Positions 8,913 through 19,622 of a DNA stretch of 64,000 bases are shown here, one piece after another. Made by a program: the position numbers and the translations under genes. Position 1 is the stretch's first letter. The number at the start of each line of letters is the position of its first letter. The notes under the pieces are model-generated. The model searched no databases, had not been told where the DNA came from, and saw only the letters and a program-made list of their open reading frames with translations. Origin of the DNA: a virus; IMG/VR virus record IMGVR_UViG_3300027749_000096, positions 8,006 to 72,005 of that record. The stretch is one strand, 5' to 3'.

Positions 8913-9092
8913 TTAACATTTTTTTCCTTTCATACTACCACCCATTTTCATTTTAGTCATTGCTGACTTAGGTGCAGAAGAAGAAACTACTCCTTTACCA
9001 GCATTCTTACCTACCATAACACCTTTTGTAGATGCAGCAGGACGACCACTAGTTGGAGCAGAAGATTTTGGGGTTTTTGGATTACCAGCCAT
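8913..9092 (-). CDS. 59-aa basic protein ending MKMGGSMKGKKC
   Basis: Hand-translated MAGNPKTPKSSAPTSGRPAASTKGVMVGKNAGKGVVSSSAPKSAMTKMKMGGSMKGKKC. Confidence 0.75.
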   Translation of the reverse strand: MAGNPKTPKSSAPTSGRPAASTKGVMVGKNAGKGVVSSSAPKSAMTKMKMGGSMKGKKC

Positions 9093-9096
9093 GTTA

Positions 9097-10041
9097 TTAT
9101 AATTTTAAATTGTTTGTAAAATATGTTTTATAAATTTGATATTTTCGGTCTAAAGATATACAAGAATCTTTATATAAATAGTTTGCTATTTTTTTAGCAT
9201 CTTCTCCATAATAAGAAACTCTGTAAAAATTTTTACCAGAAACTTGTGTTGGATACTTTTTATCAGTTTGAATTATTTTAGAACAAAAAAATATAAATTC
9301 AAATATTGTTTCAAGAGTTCCACATAACATTAAATGTTTCATTTTATCTTTAGTAAAATAAATACCCCCATCTCCATCTATACATCCTCTCCAAAAATCT
9401 TTGGATTGTTTTAATAAATCATGAGGAATTATAGAAACACTTTTATTATGTGTAAAACCTAAATCAACTAAACGATCTCTAATTTTTTTAGAATTAACTC
9501 TCATTCTTGAACAATCACCTTTACCTTTTTTAACATCTCTATTAGATTTTAGAAAAGCTTTAAATTTTTCTAAATGATCTATATCATTGTTATGTAAGGT
9601 TAGTTCAATAGAAGCTTCTTTATTTTGTTCTATGTGACCGTCTGTATATAACATCCCAATCCAATATAAAGCTTCACAAGTTAACTCATCAAAAACATTA
9701 TGATCTATTTCAGTTTCATACCTAATGTGAGCCTGGTTTGAAAGATTCCTATATTCTACATCTTTAGATTTAAGAAATTCTCTTATAGTTTTACGTGTTA
9801 AATTTAACTCTTTTTCTATAAAAATTTGAGACTTCCCCTCCTGATATAAAGATAAGACTTTTTCAAAACATTCTTTTCTTTTTTCTTCTTGTTCTAGATT
9901 ATAATCTATACCAACATTTGAAAGAACTTTTTTAACACTTGGTTGTGAGGAAGATGTTAACTTACATATTTCAGTTAACATCTTTCCTTCTTTGTACAAC
10001 CTTATTATTTCTTCGGATTTTTCTAAACTTATTTTTTTCAT
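9097..10041 (-). mobile_element. free-standing LAGLIDADG homing endonuclease with N-terminal HTH repeats
   Basis: YWIGMLYTDG and FWRGCIDGDG motifs, C-terminal LDRK. Confidence 0.85.
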
Positions 10042-10100
10042 TTGTATCTATTTAATACAAATGTAATCATAAATCATCAATAATCCAAATTTATTTTTAT

Positions 10101-11720
10101 TTAAAAGGATCCACCAGTAACAGGGTTTCTCATAACTATTTTCAATACCTTAGTTGGATCTTTAACCCAGATAGCAGGCATTGTTTGAGTCATAAATACT
10201 CTATAACCATTGAAGTTACCAGAGCTTTGGAAACCTTGTGTTCTACCCATATAGTCCATTGTACCATTTTGATAGAACCATTTCAATTGATTATCCCAGC
10301 TTAATTTCAACAAGAAGATGTTGTCATTAGTATTATCTGTGATGTCAAAGATAATGAAATTATATGAACTTAATGGGAAACCATCAATAATTGGATTCTC
10401 AATATCATTTGTATGAACATTGTCAAATGCAGGGTTCAATACAAATTTAACGTTAGCTAAGAATGGGATGATGTAACTAGTGTATGCAAAACCAAAGTTT
10501 AAATCCATACCTGTACCAGTAACAGCTCCTAGTTCATGAGCATTAAGAACTAAACCAGAATTAACTGCTTCTTTCTTAATTGCTTCATTAACAAGTTTCA
10601 TACCACCCATACCTGTTTGTACAATCAAAGATCTTTGAGGATCTGGTCCTTTAAATTCAACTTTACCATTGAAGAAGTTGAAGATTTCAGATTTAAACAA
10701 GTCTAAGTTGAAAGAAGCTTTGTTATAGATTCTCTTATAAGAGTTATCTAATTGCTTCCAAAGACCCACTGATAAACGAATATCATCTGGTCCATCTTGT
10801 CTAACCTTACCACCTTGACCCCACATTAAGTAAGTTTCAATGTCATTAGCAATCTTAGTTAAGTGTGCTGCTTCTAATGTAGTTAAGAAAGAACGTGTAA
10901 GTTGACCATTAGCATAAGCTTTCTTTACATAGTCTTTACCCATTTTCTCAGCCATTGTTTCCAAGTTGGTAACAGATGGATCTACATTTTTGTCAAAGTT
11001 TCTCCACATTTCAATAACTGGGATAGTACCATCAGCTTTCATACCACCTTTCATCATTAAGTCTGCACGACTAGAAATAGAATAGTGTACGTGAGCTTCT
11101 GCTCCACCAACATAGTTATAGAATTCACGGAAACCAGCTGATACATTACCTAAGTCTGAGAATCTTTCTCCATACTCTCCACGAGCAGAACCTTTTCTGA
11201 AAACTTTAGTACCAACTTTCAAATACTTATTGTCTAAGTATTTAGTGTTGTCATTGTTCACCAACTGTACAGTGTAGATAAAACCATCACCAGCTGGGAT
11301 GATATCATCAACTGTAATGTACATTTCCACACCATTGTACTTGTCATAAGTGATAATATCACCATGACCAAATGAACGTTTGTTCAATTTGATTTTAAAT
11401 GTTTGACCATCAATACCTTTAGTAGCATTACCTGTTTCAATGTCTTCAGTAATGTAAGGAAGATCCTGAGCTACAGGTATCTGCCATTTGTACTCACCAC
11501 GGTTATTATCTACTGAAATAACATTCTTTCCACCAAAACTAGACATTTGGTATAACGGCATTTCTACTTTTTGAGCCATTGCCCATAAGTCCACTGGACC
11601 TAAATCTGTAGGTTCAGCTGATTTAAGGAGGTTAGAAAGGTGATAAGAGTCTACGTGTGAGCTTGTTTGATAATGGTTATCACGTAGAAATATACCATTA
11701 TTTAAAACTGGAGTTGCCAT
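10101..11720 (-). CDS. major capsid protein (crAss-like)
   Basis: 539 aa; optimized codons; position after portal and scaffold; TGMGG, NPAFD, WVKDPTK motifs. Confidence 0.85.
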   Translation of the reverse strand: MATPVLNNGIFLRDNHYQTSSHVDSYHLSNLLKSAEPTDLGPVDLWAMAQKVEMPLYQMSSFGGKNVISVDNNRGEYKWQIPVAQDLPYITEDIETGNATKGIDGQTFKIKLNKRSFGHGDIITYDKYNGVEMYITVDDIIPAGDGFIYTVQLVNNDNTKYLDNKYLKVGTKVFRKGSARGEYGERFSDLGNVSAGFREFYNYVGGAEAHVHYSISSRADLMMKGGMKADGTIPVIEMWRNFDKNVDPSVTNLETMAEKMGKDYVKKAYANGQLTRSFLTTLEAAHLTKIANDIETYLMWGQGGKVRQDGPDDIRLSVGLWKQLDNSYKRIYNKASFNLDLFKSEIFNFFNGKVEFKGPDPQRSLIVQTGMGGMKLVNEAIKKEAVNSGLVLNAHELGAVTGTGMDLNFGFAYTSYIIPFLANVKFVLNPAFDNVHTNDIENPIIDGFPLSSYNFIIFDITDNTNDNIFLLKLSWDNQLKWFYQNGTMDYMGRTQGFQSSGNFNGYRVFMTQTMPAIWVKDPTKVLKIVMRNPVTGGSF

Positions 11721-11749
11721 AGGGCTTTAAATTTTAAGGGGTTATTAAA

Positions 11750-13018
11750 TTATCTTTTAAAAATATTTTGAGGTTTACTTATTTTTCTAGGTTTATCTTG
11801 TTCTTCTTCCTGATAAGTAGATATGTTCTTACGAGACTGTTCAGTTTTTAATTGTCTAACTGTTTGTTCTACAGCTTGAGTTTTACCTTGTTTCATAAGA
11901 TTACCACGGTATTCATCAGGGTTGGATAGTAACCAAAGAGCTTCTGCTATTAAAGGATAGTTAGGTTCTACAAATTGATACCTCTCTAAAAGATGTCCTA
12001 ATAAGTTAGTAGGTTTACCTGATATAGAAGCATATTGTGGTTGAACCAATCCTGTATATAACTGAGCTTGAACTTTCTTATCCAATTTAAGACCATTAAT
12101 TTCTGCTGGTCTTAAAGCTTCAAATACATTCTTCTGATATGCATCAGCAGCATTTTGTTGTTGTTGTTTTCTGTATTCTTGTTCCTGAAGTTGAGACAAA
12201 ACAATTTTTTCCTGCATCTGATCAAGCTTAGGTTTAAACTGTTTAGCTTTCTTTTCAAGTGTACCAAGATCTTTCCAAGTTGTTAATTCTTCATCAATTT
12301 CTTCAGGTGTACCAAAGTTAGTAGCTTGTAAATATTGACGTACAATATGTTCTTGGTCATTATCATCAGATGGATCCATTTCTCTAACAGCTTCCACTTG
12401 AGCTAAAGCTTGAAACAATCCTTTTAAATCTTGTCCTCCATCAGCTACATATTTAGCAGCATATTGAAGTTCTTCTGGAAGAGACTGAAAAAACTCTTGT
12501 GGAGTAGAAGCAGCCACTTCATCTTTTATGTTATTAACATTAGCTTGCCAAAGTTCTTCTACATCTTTTTCTCCAAGTCCACCAAGATAGTCATCAAGAG
12601 ATTGTTTAGTTTCATCATAATCATCAAAAGCAAACATCTCACTGTTCTCTATCCTTTTCTTTAAGAATTCAACTAATCCAGATTTTTCTGTTTTAGGTCT
12701 TCCTTTTTTAGGAGATTCATCTATTTCTGTAGGATCAGACTCATCTAAAATTTCATTTAAAGCTGCTTTAATATCATCATTACCTTCTACATTATTTGTT
12801 GTAGAATTAAATGTTTTAGCACTGTCTTTTTTAGAATCATCCTCATCTAAAAAATCTAGATTAACTTGTTTTTTACTGAAGATGTTGGGTTTAATTTCTG
12901 TAGGTTCTCCACTTGGAGTAACTATACTACTAGCTGCTGGAGCCCCATCAAATAAACTATCAATATCTAAATCTACTTGTTGTACATTTGTCTGTACATT
13001 TCCTTGATTAAATTCCAT
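11750..13018 (-). CDS. putative scaffolding protein
   Basis: Acidic, coiled-coil, lies between portal and MCP. Confidence 0.55.
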   Translation of the reverse strand: MEFNQGNVQTNVQQVDLDIDSLFDGAPAASSIVTPSGEPTEIKPNIFSKKQVNLDFLDEDDSKKDSAKTFNSTTNNVEGNDDIKAALNEILDESDPTEIDESPKKGRPKTEKSGLVEFLKKRIENSEMFAFDDYDETKQSLDDYLGGLGEKDVEELWQANVNNIKDEVAASTPQEFFQSLPEELQYAAKYVADGGQDLKGLFQALAQVEAVREMDPSDDNDQEHIVRQYLQATNFGTPEEIDEELTTWKDLGTLEKKAKQFKPKLDQMQEKIVLSQLQEQEYRKQQQQNAADAYQKNVFEALRPAEINGLKLDKKVQAQLYTGLVQPQYASISGKPTNLLGHLLERYQFVEPNYPLIAEALWLLSNPDEYRGNLMKQGKTQAVEQTVRQLKTEQSRKNISTYQEEEQDKPRKISKPQNIFKR

Positions 13019-13051
13019 TTTTCTGTTGGTTTTTTATGTGTATCTCTACAT

Positions 13052-13064
13052 TAATAATATAATA
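13052..13064 (-). promoter_or_regulatory. candidate late promoter motif
   Basis: TATTATATTATTA upstream of scaffold/MCP. Confidence 0.5.
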
Positions 13065-13113
13065 CTTTAAACTATATAAATTTACATTTAGTTATTTTTA
13101 AATAACGAAGGTG

Positions 13114-13131
13114 TGGATTATAGAGCTATAA
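13114..13131 (-). promoter_or_regulatory. 18-bp palindromic site, copy 1
   Basis: TTATAG-CT-CTATAATCCA; identical copy at 33898-33915. Confidence 0.5.
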
Positions 13132-15885
13132 TTATTTTTCTTTCTTTTTATCAGATTGTTTAAAGTCATATTTGTTCTTATTTTCTCTAGCTATCTGAAG
13201 TTGTTTATCAGCTATCTGTTGTTGAGCCTGAAGCTTCTCTCTTTCTATATTATGTTTTTCTTGAGTTTGAGCAGTTCTATTAATTTCCTTTTCACGGTCA
13301 AAATTCATAGCTTCCTGATAGTTCTGTTGTTCTTGAATTTTAGACATAGCATCTATATAATCAGACTGGTTATTTTTATTAAGATCAACCATAGCTCCCA
13401 TACCAGAAGCTCTAATCTGAGCCTCAAGAATTCTAGCTTTTCTATCTTTCTCAGACTCATCAGCTTTAAATTGATTAGAAGCTTGTAATGCAGCTTGTTC
13501 AGCTTGGATTTGTTTATCCTGCATTTCTTGTTGATGTTGTTGTTCCTGTTGTTTCTGAGCATTAACTTTTTCTTCAGCAGATTTAAGAACACCTGTAAGT
13601 TCAGCAATAGACTCTGATTTAATTACATTACCTAAGTCATATATAGAAGCTCCTGTAGCATTATTAGTGAGAGCTAGTTGTTTAAGCTGCTCCATTATAG
13701 CACGAGAATTAGTTTTAGTTGTACAGAATATATTTAAATCTCTAAGAAGTAAATCTGTTCCATTCATTTGGAAATTTATCTTCTCATCAGCTCCAGTGAT
13801 ATATTGTAGACGTAAACTAGGTTTTTTAGAATTATAATATTGAGCTAAATCAGTTCTCATTTGATGCACTCTAGGCATCAAGTTATCTGAGTGTTGTATA
13901 AAGTATTGTTCTGTTTGAGCATAAGAAGCATTAGCTGCTTGTTCCACCCCTGTAGCAGTTTGTTGTTGAGCAATCTGCATACCCATCCTTTGTTGATTCA
14001 ATCCAATAACTTCAAAAGCTTGAGTTTTAAAATAGGTGGCTAATTGTATCCTAGATAGTAAACGTTGAGTTTGTTCTAAGTTCAACACTTGATAGTGCTG
14101 AAAATTAAGAGCATTCTCTGTATTAGTGATACTAGTGTCTAAAGGAAGCATTTGGAAGTTTTTCATAGCTACATAAGCTTTAGCTAGATTGTTCTTACCC
14201 CAATCTTCTCCCAATGAGTGACGTGGTAAAGCATTCTGATCTAACATAATAACTGTACCTAATTCATCCACAAGAATATCTGCTATCTGATTGTTTACAA
14301 TGTTATATCCAATCTGAAATGGTTTCATTAAATCTACAAGAGATACTGAACGGGTATTTCTATCCCCAAATACAGATCCTTCTACAGGAAGTTTACATCC
14401 ATAAACTGTAGCATCCCCTTTAAACTGAAAAGGTACACGTCCAGGTCTACCACCATTAAGTCCTAAATATATAGGATTTATACCTCCAGGATTATTCATA
14501 CCCCAGAAAGCTGGTCTGTTAGGTCCAATCTTTACACCACCCCAAACTTCATTAATCCATATCCAATCTATATGTTCTCCAAACACTAAATTATCTTTAG
14601 TATTTTGTTTCCATATAGAATTATCATATTGTGGTTTGTCTGTAACCTTATATTCTTCTGATATAATATCTTGTATAATATCTCCTTCTGTAGTTATCTT
14701 AGTAAGGTGCCCAACTTTTCTTTGACTCTTCCAATAAATAGTTGACACTCTAAGCATATAACTTTTACCAAAATCTTGCAAGTCTTCTGAGTCTGAAAGT
14801 ATCCACTGTACAATATCTCCAAATTGACTTCCAGCATCATATAAAGACGTAAACTGTCTATACCCCAAACTAGGCATTTGTGTATTCCATTCATGAGTTC
14901 TCTTTGGGTCATAATAGCTTCCATCATTTTGCATTCCTTGTATAGCATACCCAGCTGAACGTGCAGGATATATAGCTTCTAAAGCTTCTAATTGTTGATC
15001 ATTCATCATCCATCCATACTTATCTACAACATCTGATATAGACATCATATCTAATTTACCCACCCAATTACCTTGGGATACATAACGTACATCAGGACTT
15101 TTATGGTAGAAAGTAAGTAGGGGATTCCATAGTTCCACCTCATAATCATCTTCCATCATATTAAAATGCCAGAACTCTCTATCTGTAATAAGACTATCTC
15201 TAAAAGCTCTTTCTTCTAATTCCTGCATTCTAAATCTTTCTTCATCAACTTTCATTTGATGATCAGCCCATTCTTCAATCATTGATCTATAATCTTTCTT
15301 AAAGAACTGTTCTATTTCAGGAAGGCTTTTAAGTTTTTCAGGATTTAATTGTTGTTGAGCTTCTTCACTAGATGGATCTAATCCCATCTCCATTATAGTA
15401 GCCATTTGTTTTTGTTGAGCCTGTTGTAATAACACCTTCTCAATCATTCCTCTTTTCTCTTCTAACATCTCATTATATGACATGTCATCAACAGCTCTAA
15501 ACATTATTCTTGAACTTCTTTTAGAAAATTCATTTGTAAGAACATTAATTACATTAGGAATAATAGGATAGAATTTAAGCTCAAATGCTGATACATCTTC
15601 TTTAGTTAATGTATCAATAAGATCAGCCATCTCATTATCTTCTTCTACAATATAATCTTGTTTATCAATAATACCTTTAGCTAATTTATAATTCTTCATT
15701 AAACGTCTAGCATTACGTCTAAGTTGTTTCATACCCTGAAACTCTAACCAGTCAAGATTCCATGCTCTCCATTGATCATCCTTTTCTTTTTCTGGTACAA
15801 ACTGAAATGGTTGGATTAAAGTTCCCATCTTGTTGTACTCAACCTTTGCCCCCTTTTTGAGATCTAATGCATTATATATCTTCAT
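13132..15885 (-). CDS. portal protein
   Basis: 917 aa directly after terminase; YPIIPNVINVL, SLVDLMKPFQIGYN; Gln-rich C-terminal coiled coil. Confidence 0.85.
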   Translation of the reverse strand: MKIYNALDLKKGAKVEYNKMGTLIQPFQFVPEKEKDDQWRAWNLDWLEFQGMKQLRRNARRLMKNYKLAKGIIDKQDYIVEEDNEMADLIDTLTKEDVSAFELKFYPIIPNVINVLTNEFSKRSSRIMFRAVDDMSYNEMLEEKRGMIEKVLLQQAQQKQMATIMEMGLDPSSEEAQQQLNPEKLKSLPEIEQFFKKDYRSMIEEWADHQMKVDEERFRMQELEERAFRDSLITDREFWHFNMMEDDYEVELWNPLLTFYHKSPDVRYVSQGNWVGKLDMMSISDVVDKYGWMMNDQQLEALEAIYPARSAGYAIQGMQNDGSYYDPKRTHEWNTQMPSLGYRQFTSLYDAGSQFGDIVQWILSDSEDLQDFGKSYMLRVSTIYWKSQRKVGHLTKITTEGDIIQDIISEEYKVTDKPQYDNSIWKQNTKDNLVFGEHIDWIWINEVWGGVKIGPNRPAFWGMNNPGGINPIYLGLNGGRPGRVPFQFKGDATVYGCKLPVEGSVFGDRNTRSVSLVDLMKPFQIGYNIVNNQIADILVDELGTVIMLDQNALPRHSLGEDWGKNNLAKAYVAMKNFQMLPLDTSITNTENALNFQHYQVLNLEQTQRLLSRIQLATYFKTQAFEVIGLNQQRMGMQIAQQQTATGVEQAANASYAQTEQYFIQHSDNLMPRVHQMRTDLAQYYNSKKPSLRLQYITGADEKINFQMNGTDLLLRDLNIFCTTKTNSRAIMEQLKQLALTNNATGASIYDLGNVIKSESIAELTGVLKSAEEKVNAQKQQEQQHQQEMQDKQIQAEQAALQASNQFKADESEKDRKARILEAQIRASGMGAMVDLNKNNQSDYIDAMSKIQEQQNYQEAMNFDREKEINRTAQTQEKHNIEREKLQAQQQIADKQLQIARENKNKYDFKQSDKKKEK

Positions 15886-15890
15886 GATTA

Positions 15891-15992
15891 TTAATTAGTT
15901 ATAGTGTAAAATATTTCTGTAATAGAAGATGTAGCATTTGAATATACAAATTCACCAGCACATACATCTGAAAGTGTCATAGTGTATTCCAT
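15891..15992 (-). CDS. possible 33-aa peptide between terminase and portal
   Basis: MEYTMTLSDVCAGEFVYSNATSSITEIFYTITN fills gap, start overlaps terminase stop. Confidence 0.3.
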   Translation of the reverse strand: MEYTMTLSDVCAGEFVYSNATSSITEIFYTITN

Positions 15993-18214
15993 TATCTTAT
16001 GTTTTTAAAAGGATTTCTTGATGGTCTCATCATTGATGACCCTGCTCTACCAGTCCCCATATGTTTAAAGGGACTATAGTTTAATTTACTAAATTTTTGT
16101 GAGTTATCCAAATGTATATTTGTAACTTCTGTACGTTTAGACATTCCTCTGTTAGATTGTTGTACTTTAGCAAAAGCTACAAGAGAACAAAATGCTACAA
16201 GTCTATCCACGTTTAGTCCATCTTGGTACATCTCCATTTCTTTTAATAACATAGGATCAGGGATTCTTTCCACTCCATATATTATTTTTATTATGTTTCC
16301 ATTTACATCTGTTTCATGATCAAGCTCCTCTTGTAGATATTCTATACCATAGGAAAGAATGTTTCCTTTAAAGAGTGTACCAACGTTTTTCCAACCATAT
16401 TCTTGGAATACATTTCTATTAGCTCCAATGTCTTTTAAAAATAACACCATGTCTTTTGGTACCAAATACCTTTGCTTTCTTTGAGAAATCATGTATTGTA
16501 TAAACAAAGCTACGTTGTTCTCTACAAGTGTCCAGGCATTATACCATTCTATAAGTATTTCTAAACGTTCATGTGTTTTTTTAATATCATCAAATCTACC
16601 ACACCAGCTTGCTACTATTCCATCTCTTTCTATATGACTTTTAACATCTCCGTTATCATCATCCTTTATAATCTCTACAGGATTTTTATATACATATATA
16701 GAACATAAAGAATCTGATGTATTTGTTTTACCCTCACTCACTGGATCCACACTAGCATAGTACATACCAAATGTTGGATTCTTACATGGACGTTCATACA
16801 CACATATAACTCCTTCTTTATCTTCAGCTTTTTTATTAAAAGGAAACTCCATAATAGGAGCTTTTCTAGATTGTTTATCTATAATTTTACCTTCATCATT
16901 TCTTGTAAGTTCCAGATACTCAACACTATAGGTCTTTTCTTCTATACGTTGCATTTGTTTAGAAACCAAATGGGGAGGAAATATAGATTCTTTTCTTGTA
17001 GCAAAAGCTTCTTCTATATTAGTGGGTTTCTGAGATATACGTAGTTGGTACTGGTCTGGGGGTAAATCTTTATACCACTGTTTTCTTTCTTCTATTATAG
17101 CCTCTAAAGCTTCTTTAACTAAAGAGTTACCAGCTTCATCTATATAAGGAGGCATACTCCATTGTTCAGGAATAAACAGTCCTGTTTCTCCAATAGTTCC
17201 TTTCTTATCTATTAGATTAGTTTTAACAGCAAACATTCCATATCTGTGTGGGAACAACATCATACTCTTTAAGGGTTGACATTGTTCTAAATCACCCACA
17301 GATCCTGCTGCTATAAATGTACCAGTGGTCACCATACCACTCTGCATAGCTGGTCTCATAAACTCATAAGTGTCCATCATCTTAGGAGCAATACCTGCCT
17401 CCTCATGGAAGAAATAAGTTACAGGACCACCCACACCATTTGTAGGATCTTTCTCAAAAGATGTACCTGTGATGATAGACTTATTTCCTTTATAAGTGTC
17501 ACGGTTGTTTATCCTAACTTTAATACGTTGCTGCCAAGAGAATATTTTATCTGGTTCAGATGGTCTATACCAAGCTGTATGTTCATTAAGGAAGTTTCTA
17601 TATTCATTTAGCATTCTCCAAGAACCTTTCTCAGAAATGTAGTCTTTAAGGCTGGCACCTATTTTATTTACAGATCCTTCTTCAAACCAATATTGATTAA
17701 TCAACTTAGCCATATGGAAATATGAAGAAGCTATCTGACGTTTCTTTAATATAGAAATATGTTTATAAGATAGTTCTCCTAACACTTCATATAAAGCCAT
17801 ATGGTATTGAGTGTCTCTTACATCAGCAAACCCAAACTTTTTTATTTCTTTATTATAAATAGGTAGGAAGTTTATCCACATGTAATAGTCTCTAGTGAGG
17901 TACCATGTTACTCCATTCTCTATGAATATCACTCCCCATCTACATTTAGCTTTTTGATCATTCCAATATTCTATAAAGTCTTTACTCTTTAAAGGAGCTT
18001 GACAATAGAATCCATAAGATTGAAATCTTCTAGCTTCATTATTAAAATGTCTAGAAATATTTACAGTGAAGTTATATCCCTCATCAGGACCAGCATCTTT
18101 AAATACTGAACGTACAAAGTCTCTAAGTTCTTCTCTAGTTTGAAATGTTGTAGTTCCCCATTTACCATCTGTCCATGTAGGAATTTCAGCATATAATTTG
18201 TTTGTATTAAGCAT
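15992..18214 (-). CDS. terL: terminase large subunit
   Basis: LKKRQIASS Walker A-like, FFHEEAG Walker B, ASVDPV RNase H-like nuclease, VENN, NVDR. Confidence 0.9.
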   Translation of the reverse strand: MLNTNKLYAEIPTWTDGKWGTTTFQTREELRDFVRSVFKDAGPDEGYNFTVNISRHFNNEARRFQSYGFYCQAPLKSKDFIEYWNDQKAKCRWGVIFIENGVTWYLTRDYYMWINFLPIYNKEIKKFGFADVRDTQYHMALYEVLGELSYKHISILKKRQIASSYFHMAKLINQYWFEEGSVNKIGASLKDYISEKGSWRMLNEYRNFLNEHTAWYRPSEPDKIFSWQQRIKVRINNRDTYKGNKSIITGTSFEKDPTNGVGGPVTYFFHEEAGIAPKMMDTYEFMRPAMQSGMVTTGTFIAAGSVGDLEQCQPLKSMMLFPHRYGMFAVKTNLIDKKGTIGETGLFIPEQWSMPPYIDEAGNSLVKEALEAIIEERKQWYKDLPPDQYQLRISQKPTNIEEAFATRKESIFPPHLVSKQMQRIEEKTYSVEYLELTRNDEGKIIDKQSRKAPIMEFPFNKKAEDKEGVICVYERPCKNPTFGMYYASVDPVSEGKTNTSDSLCSIYVYKNPVEIIKDDDNGDVKSHIERDGIVASWCGRFDDIKKTHERLEILIEWYNAWTLVENNVALFIQYMISQRKQRYLVPKDMVLFLKDIGANRNVFQEYGWKNVGTLFKGNILSYGIEYLQEELDHETDVNGNIIKIIYGVERIPDPMLLKEMEMYQDGLNVDRLVAFCSLVAFAKVQQSNRGMSKRTEVTNIHLDNSQKFSKLNYSPFKHMGTGRAGSSMMRPSRNPFKNIR

Positions 18215-18491
18215 TAAGTATTTTTTCTATAAATTCTTTATTTCCTTTAACCTTATGTAATAAATCTAATAAGGTATCTAATTCTTTACTTCTTAGTATA
18301 TCAGGAGATGAAAAATCATTCCAATATTCATTATATGTTTCACGTGGAATAGCTGCCCATTGATCTCTTAAAGAGTTATAATGAAACACCCAATCTTCTA
18401 AATAAGATTTTGAATTATAAAATGGTTCTGAATCCTGGTAAGTTTCTTGTATCATAATTTTAATTTTAAATAATTCCTTTAGATTTAGCAA
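18207..18491 (-). CDS. hypothetical protein
   Basis: ORF overlapping terL start. Confidence 0.55.
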   Translation of the reverse strand: MLNLKELFKIKIMIQETYQDSEPFYNSKSYLEDWVFHYNSLRDQWAAIPRETYNEYWNDFSSPDILRSKELDTLLDLLHKVKGNKEFIEKILNA

Positions 18492-18592
18492 TAGGGTAGC
18501 CTATATTTTCCATACCTATTCTTATAGACTTACACATTTTTGTTTTAATCTTCTTAAGTTTTTTTTTAGTTTTTGTTTTTAACATTATAAGT

Positions 18593-18886
18593 TTATTTAT
18601 TAGAAGCTTGATCTTTTAATAATTCATTAAATTGTTTCATTGCATCATTAATTTTAGTTTGATAATGTGATACAAATGATTCAAACTCAGGATTGGTTTT
18701 TTTCAAGTTATCTAAATTTGTAATTGACTCATTGAATTTACCTAGTATCATATCTACAGGTACTTCTCCTGTTTTTAATTTATCTACAACATCAGTGATA
18801 AATTTCTTTTCCTCTTCAGTTTTAACTGTAGGATCATTCAAATACTCATTTAGTTTTTCTTCAATTTCTTTAGAATTTTCTGTCAT
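18593..18886 (-). CDS. hypothetical protein
   Basis: ORF, A-rich leader. Confidence 0.55.
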   Translation of the reverse strand: MTENSKEIEEKLNEYLNDPTVKTEEEKKFITDVVDKLKTGEVPVDMILGKFNESITNLDNLKKTNPEFESFVSHYQTKINDAMKQFNELLKDQASNK

Positions 18887-18910
18887 GTTTTTTTATTTTA
18901 TAATTAATAA

Positions 18911-19423
18911 TTATTGGTCATAAGCAAGATTTTGATTCCCTCTTACAGAAGATTGTTGTTCTTCCATTAAGTCTTTAAATACTCCTTTAAAAGATTGTCT
19001 TACAGCATCATACTTCTCAGCCATTCTAAGAAGAGCTGGACTTGACCCATCCCTACCAAATGTTAAAGTTTCTGTAGCCATACTTTTAGCCATGTTATCT
19101 AAGAATATTTTAATTCCATAATAAGCTCTAAATGTAGGAGTTTCATACATCTTCTTACACATGTTTAAAGCATGTATTATTTTATCATCATCTAAACTAA
19201 AGTCAGCATTTATTTCTCTTAATATCATAGATTCCTTATCTTCTTCAGGTATATCAAAGAATGGATTCATATCTGGGTTAGGACAAGACATATAAAAAAT
19301 ATACGTATATATCTGTAAATATTCATCTGGATACGTATCCATTATGTCTTTAAGAAACTTTAATGTATAACAATGTTCACTAGGAATCACCTTACCATTA
19401 CTTATATCAAATATCCGTACCAT
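18911..19423 (-). CDS. hypothetical protein, possible terminase small subunit
   Basis: Helical 170-aa protein upstream of terL; positional inference only. Confidence 0.35.
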   Translation of the reverse strand: MVRIFDISNGKVIPSEHCYTLKFLKDIMDTYPDEYLQIYTYIFYMSCPNPDMNPFFDIPEEDKESMILREINADFSLDDDKIIHALNMCKKMYETPTFRAYYGIKIFLDNMAKSMATETLTFGRDGSSPALLRMAEKYDAVRQSFKGVFKDLMEEQQSSVRGNQNLAYDQ

Positions 19424-19427
19424 AATT

Positions 19428-19622
19428 TTATTTTCTTTCTAATGAAATGTTTTTACAAAATTTTAATTCTTTATTATTCAATGTCCATATTTCCCCATCA
19501 TCCATAGCACAAGTAAATAATAAGTTATGCTCTTGACTATAATCTATAACTAAGAAAGCATACCCCTCCATATTATCTGATATTCTTTTTATGGGGAGCA
19601 TTGGGTTTAACTGGATTATCAT
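19428..19622 (-). CDS. hypothetical protein
   Basis: 64-aa ORF. Confidence 0.55.
   Translation of the reverse strand: MIIQLNPMLPIKRISDNMEGYAFLVIDYSQEHNLLFTCAMDDGEIWTLNNKELKFCKNISLERK

Noticed and set aside
9097-10100. Group I intron around the LAGLIDADG gene
   Set aside because: Flanks are only 59 and 4 nt, with no room for a ribozyme core; MCP ends intact
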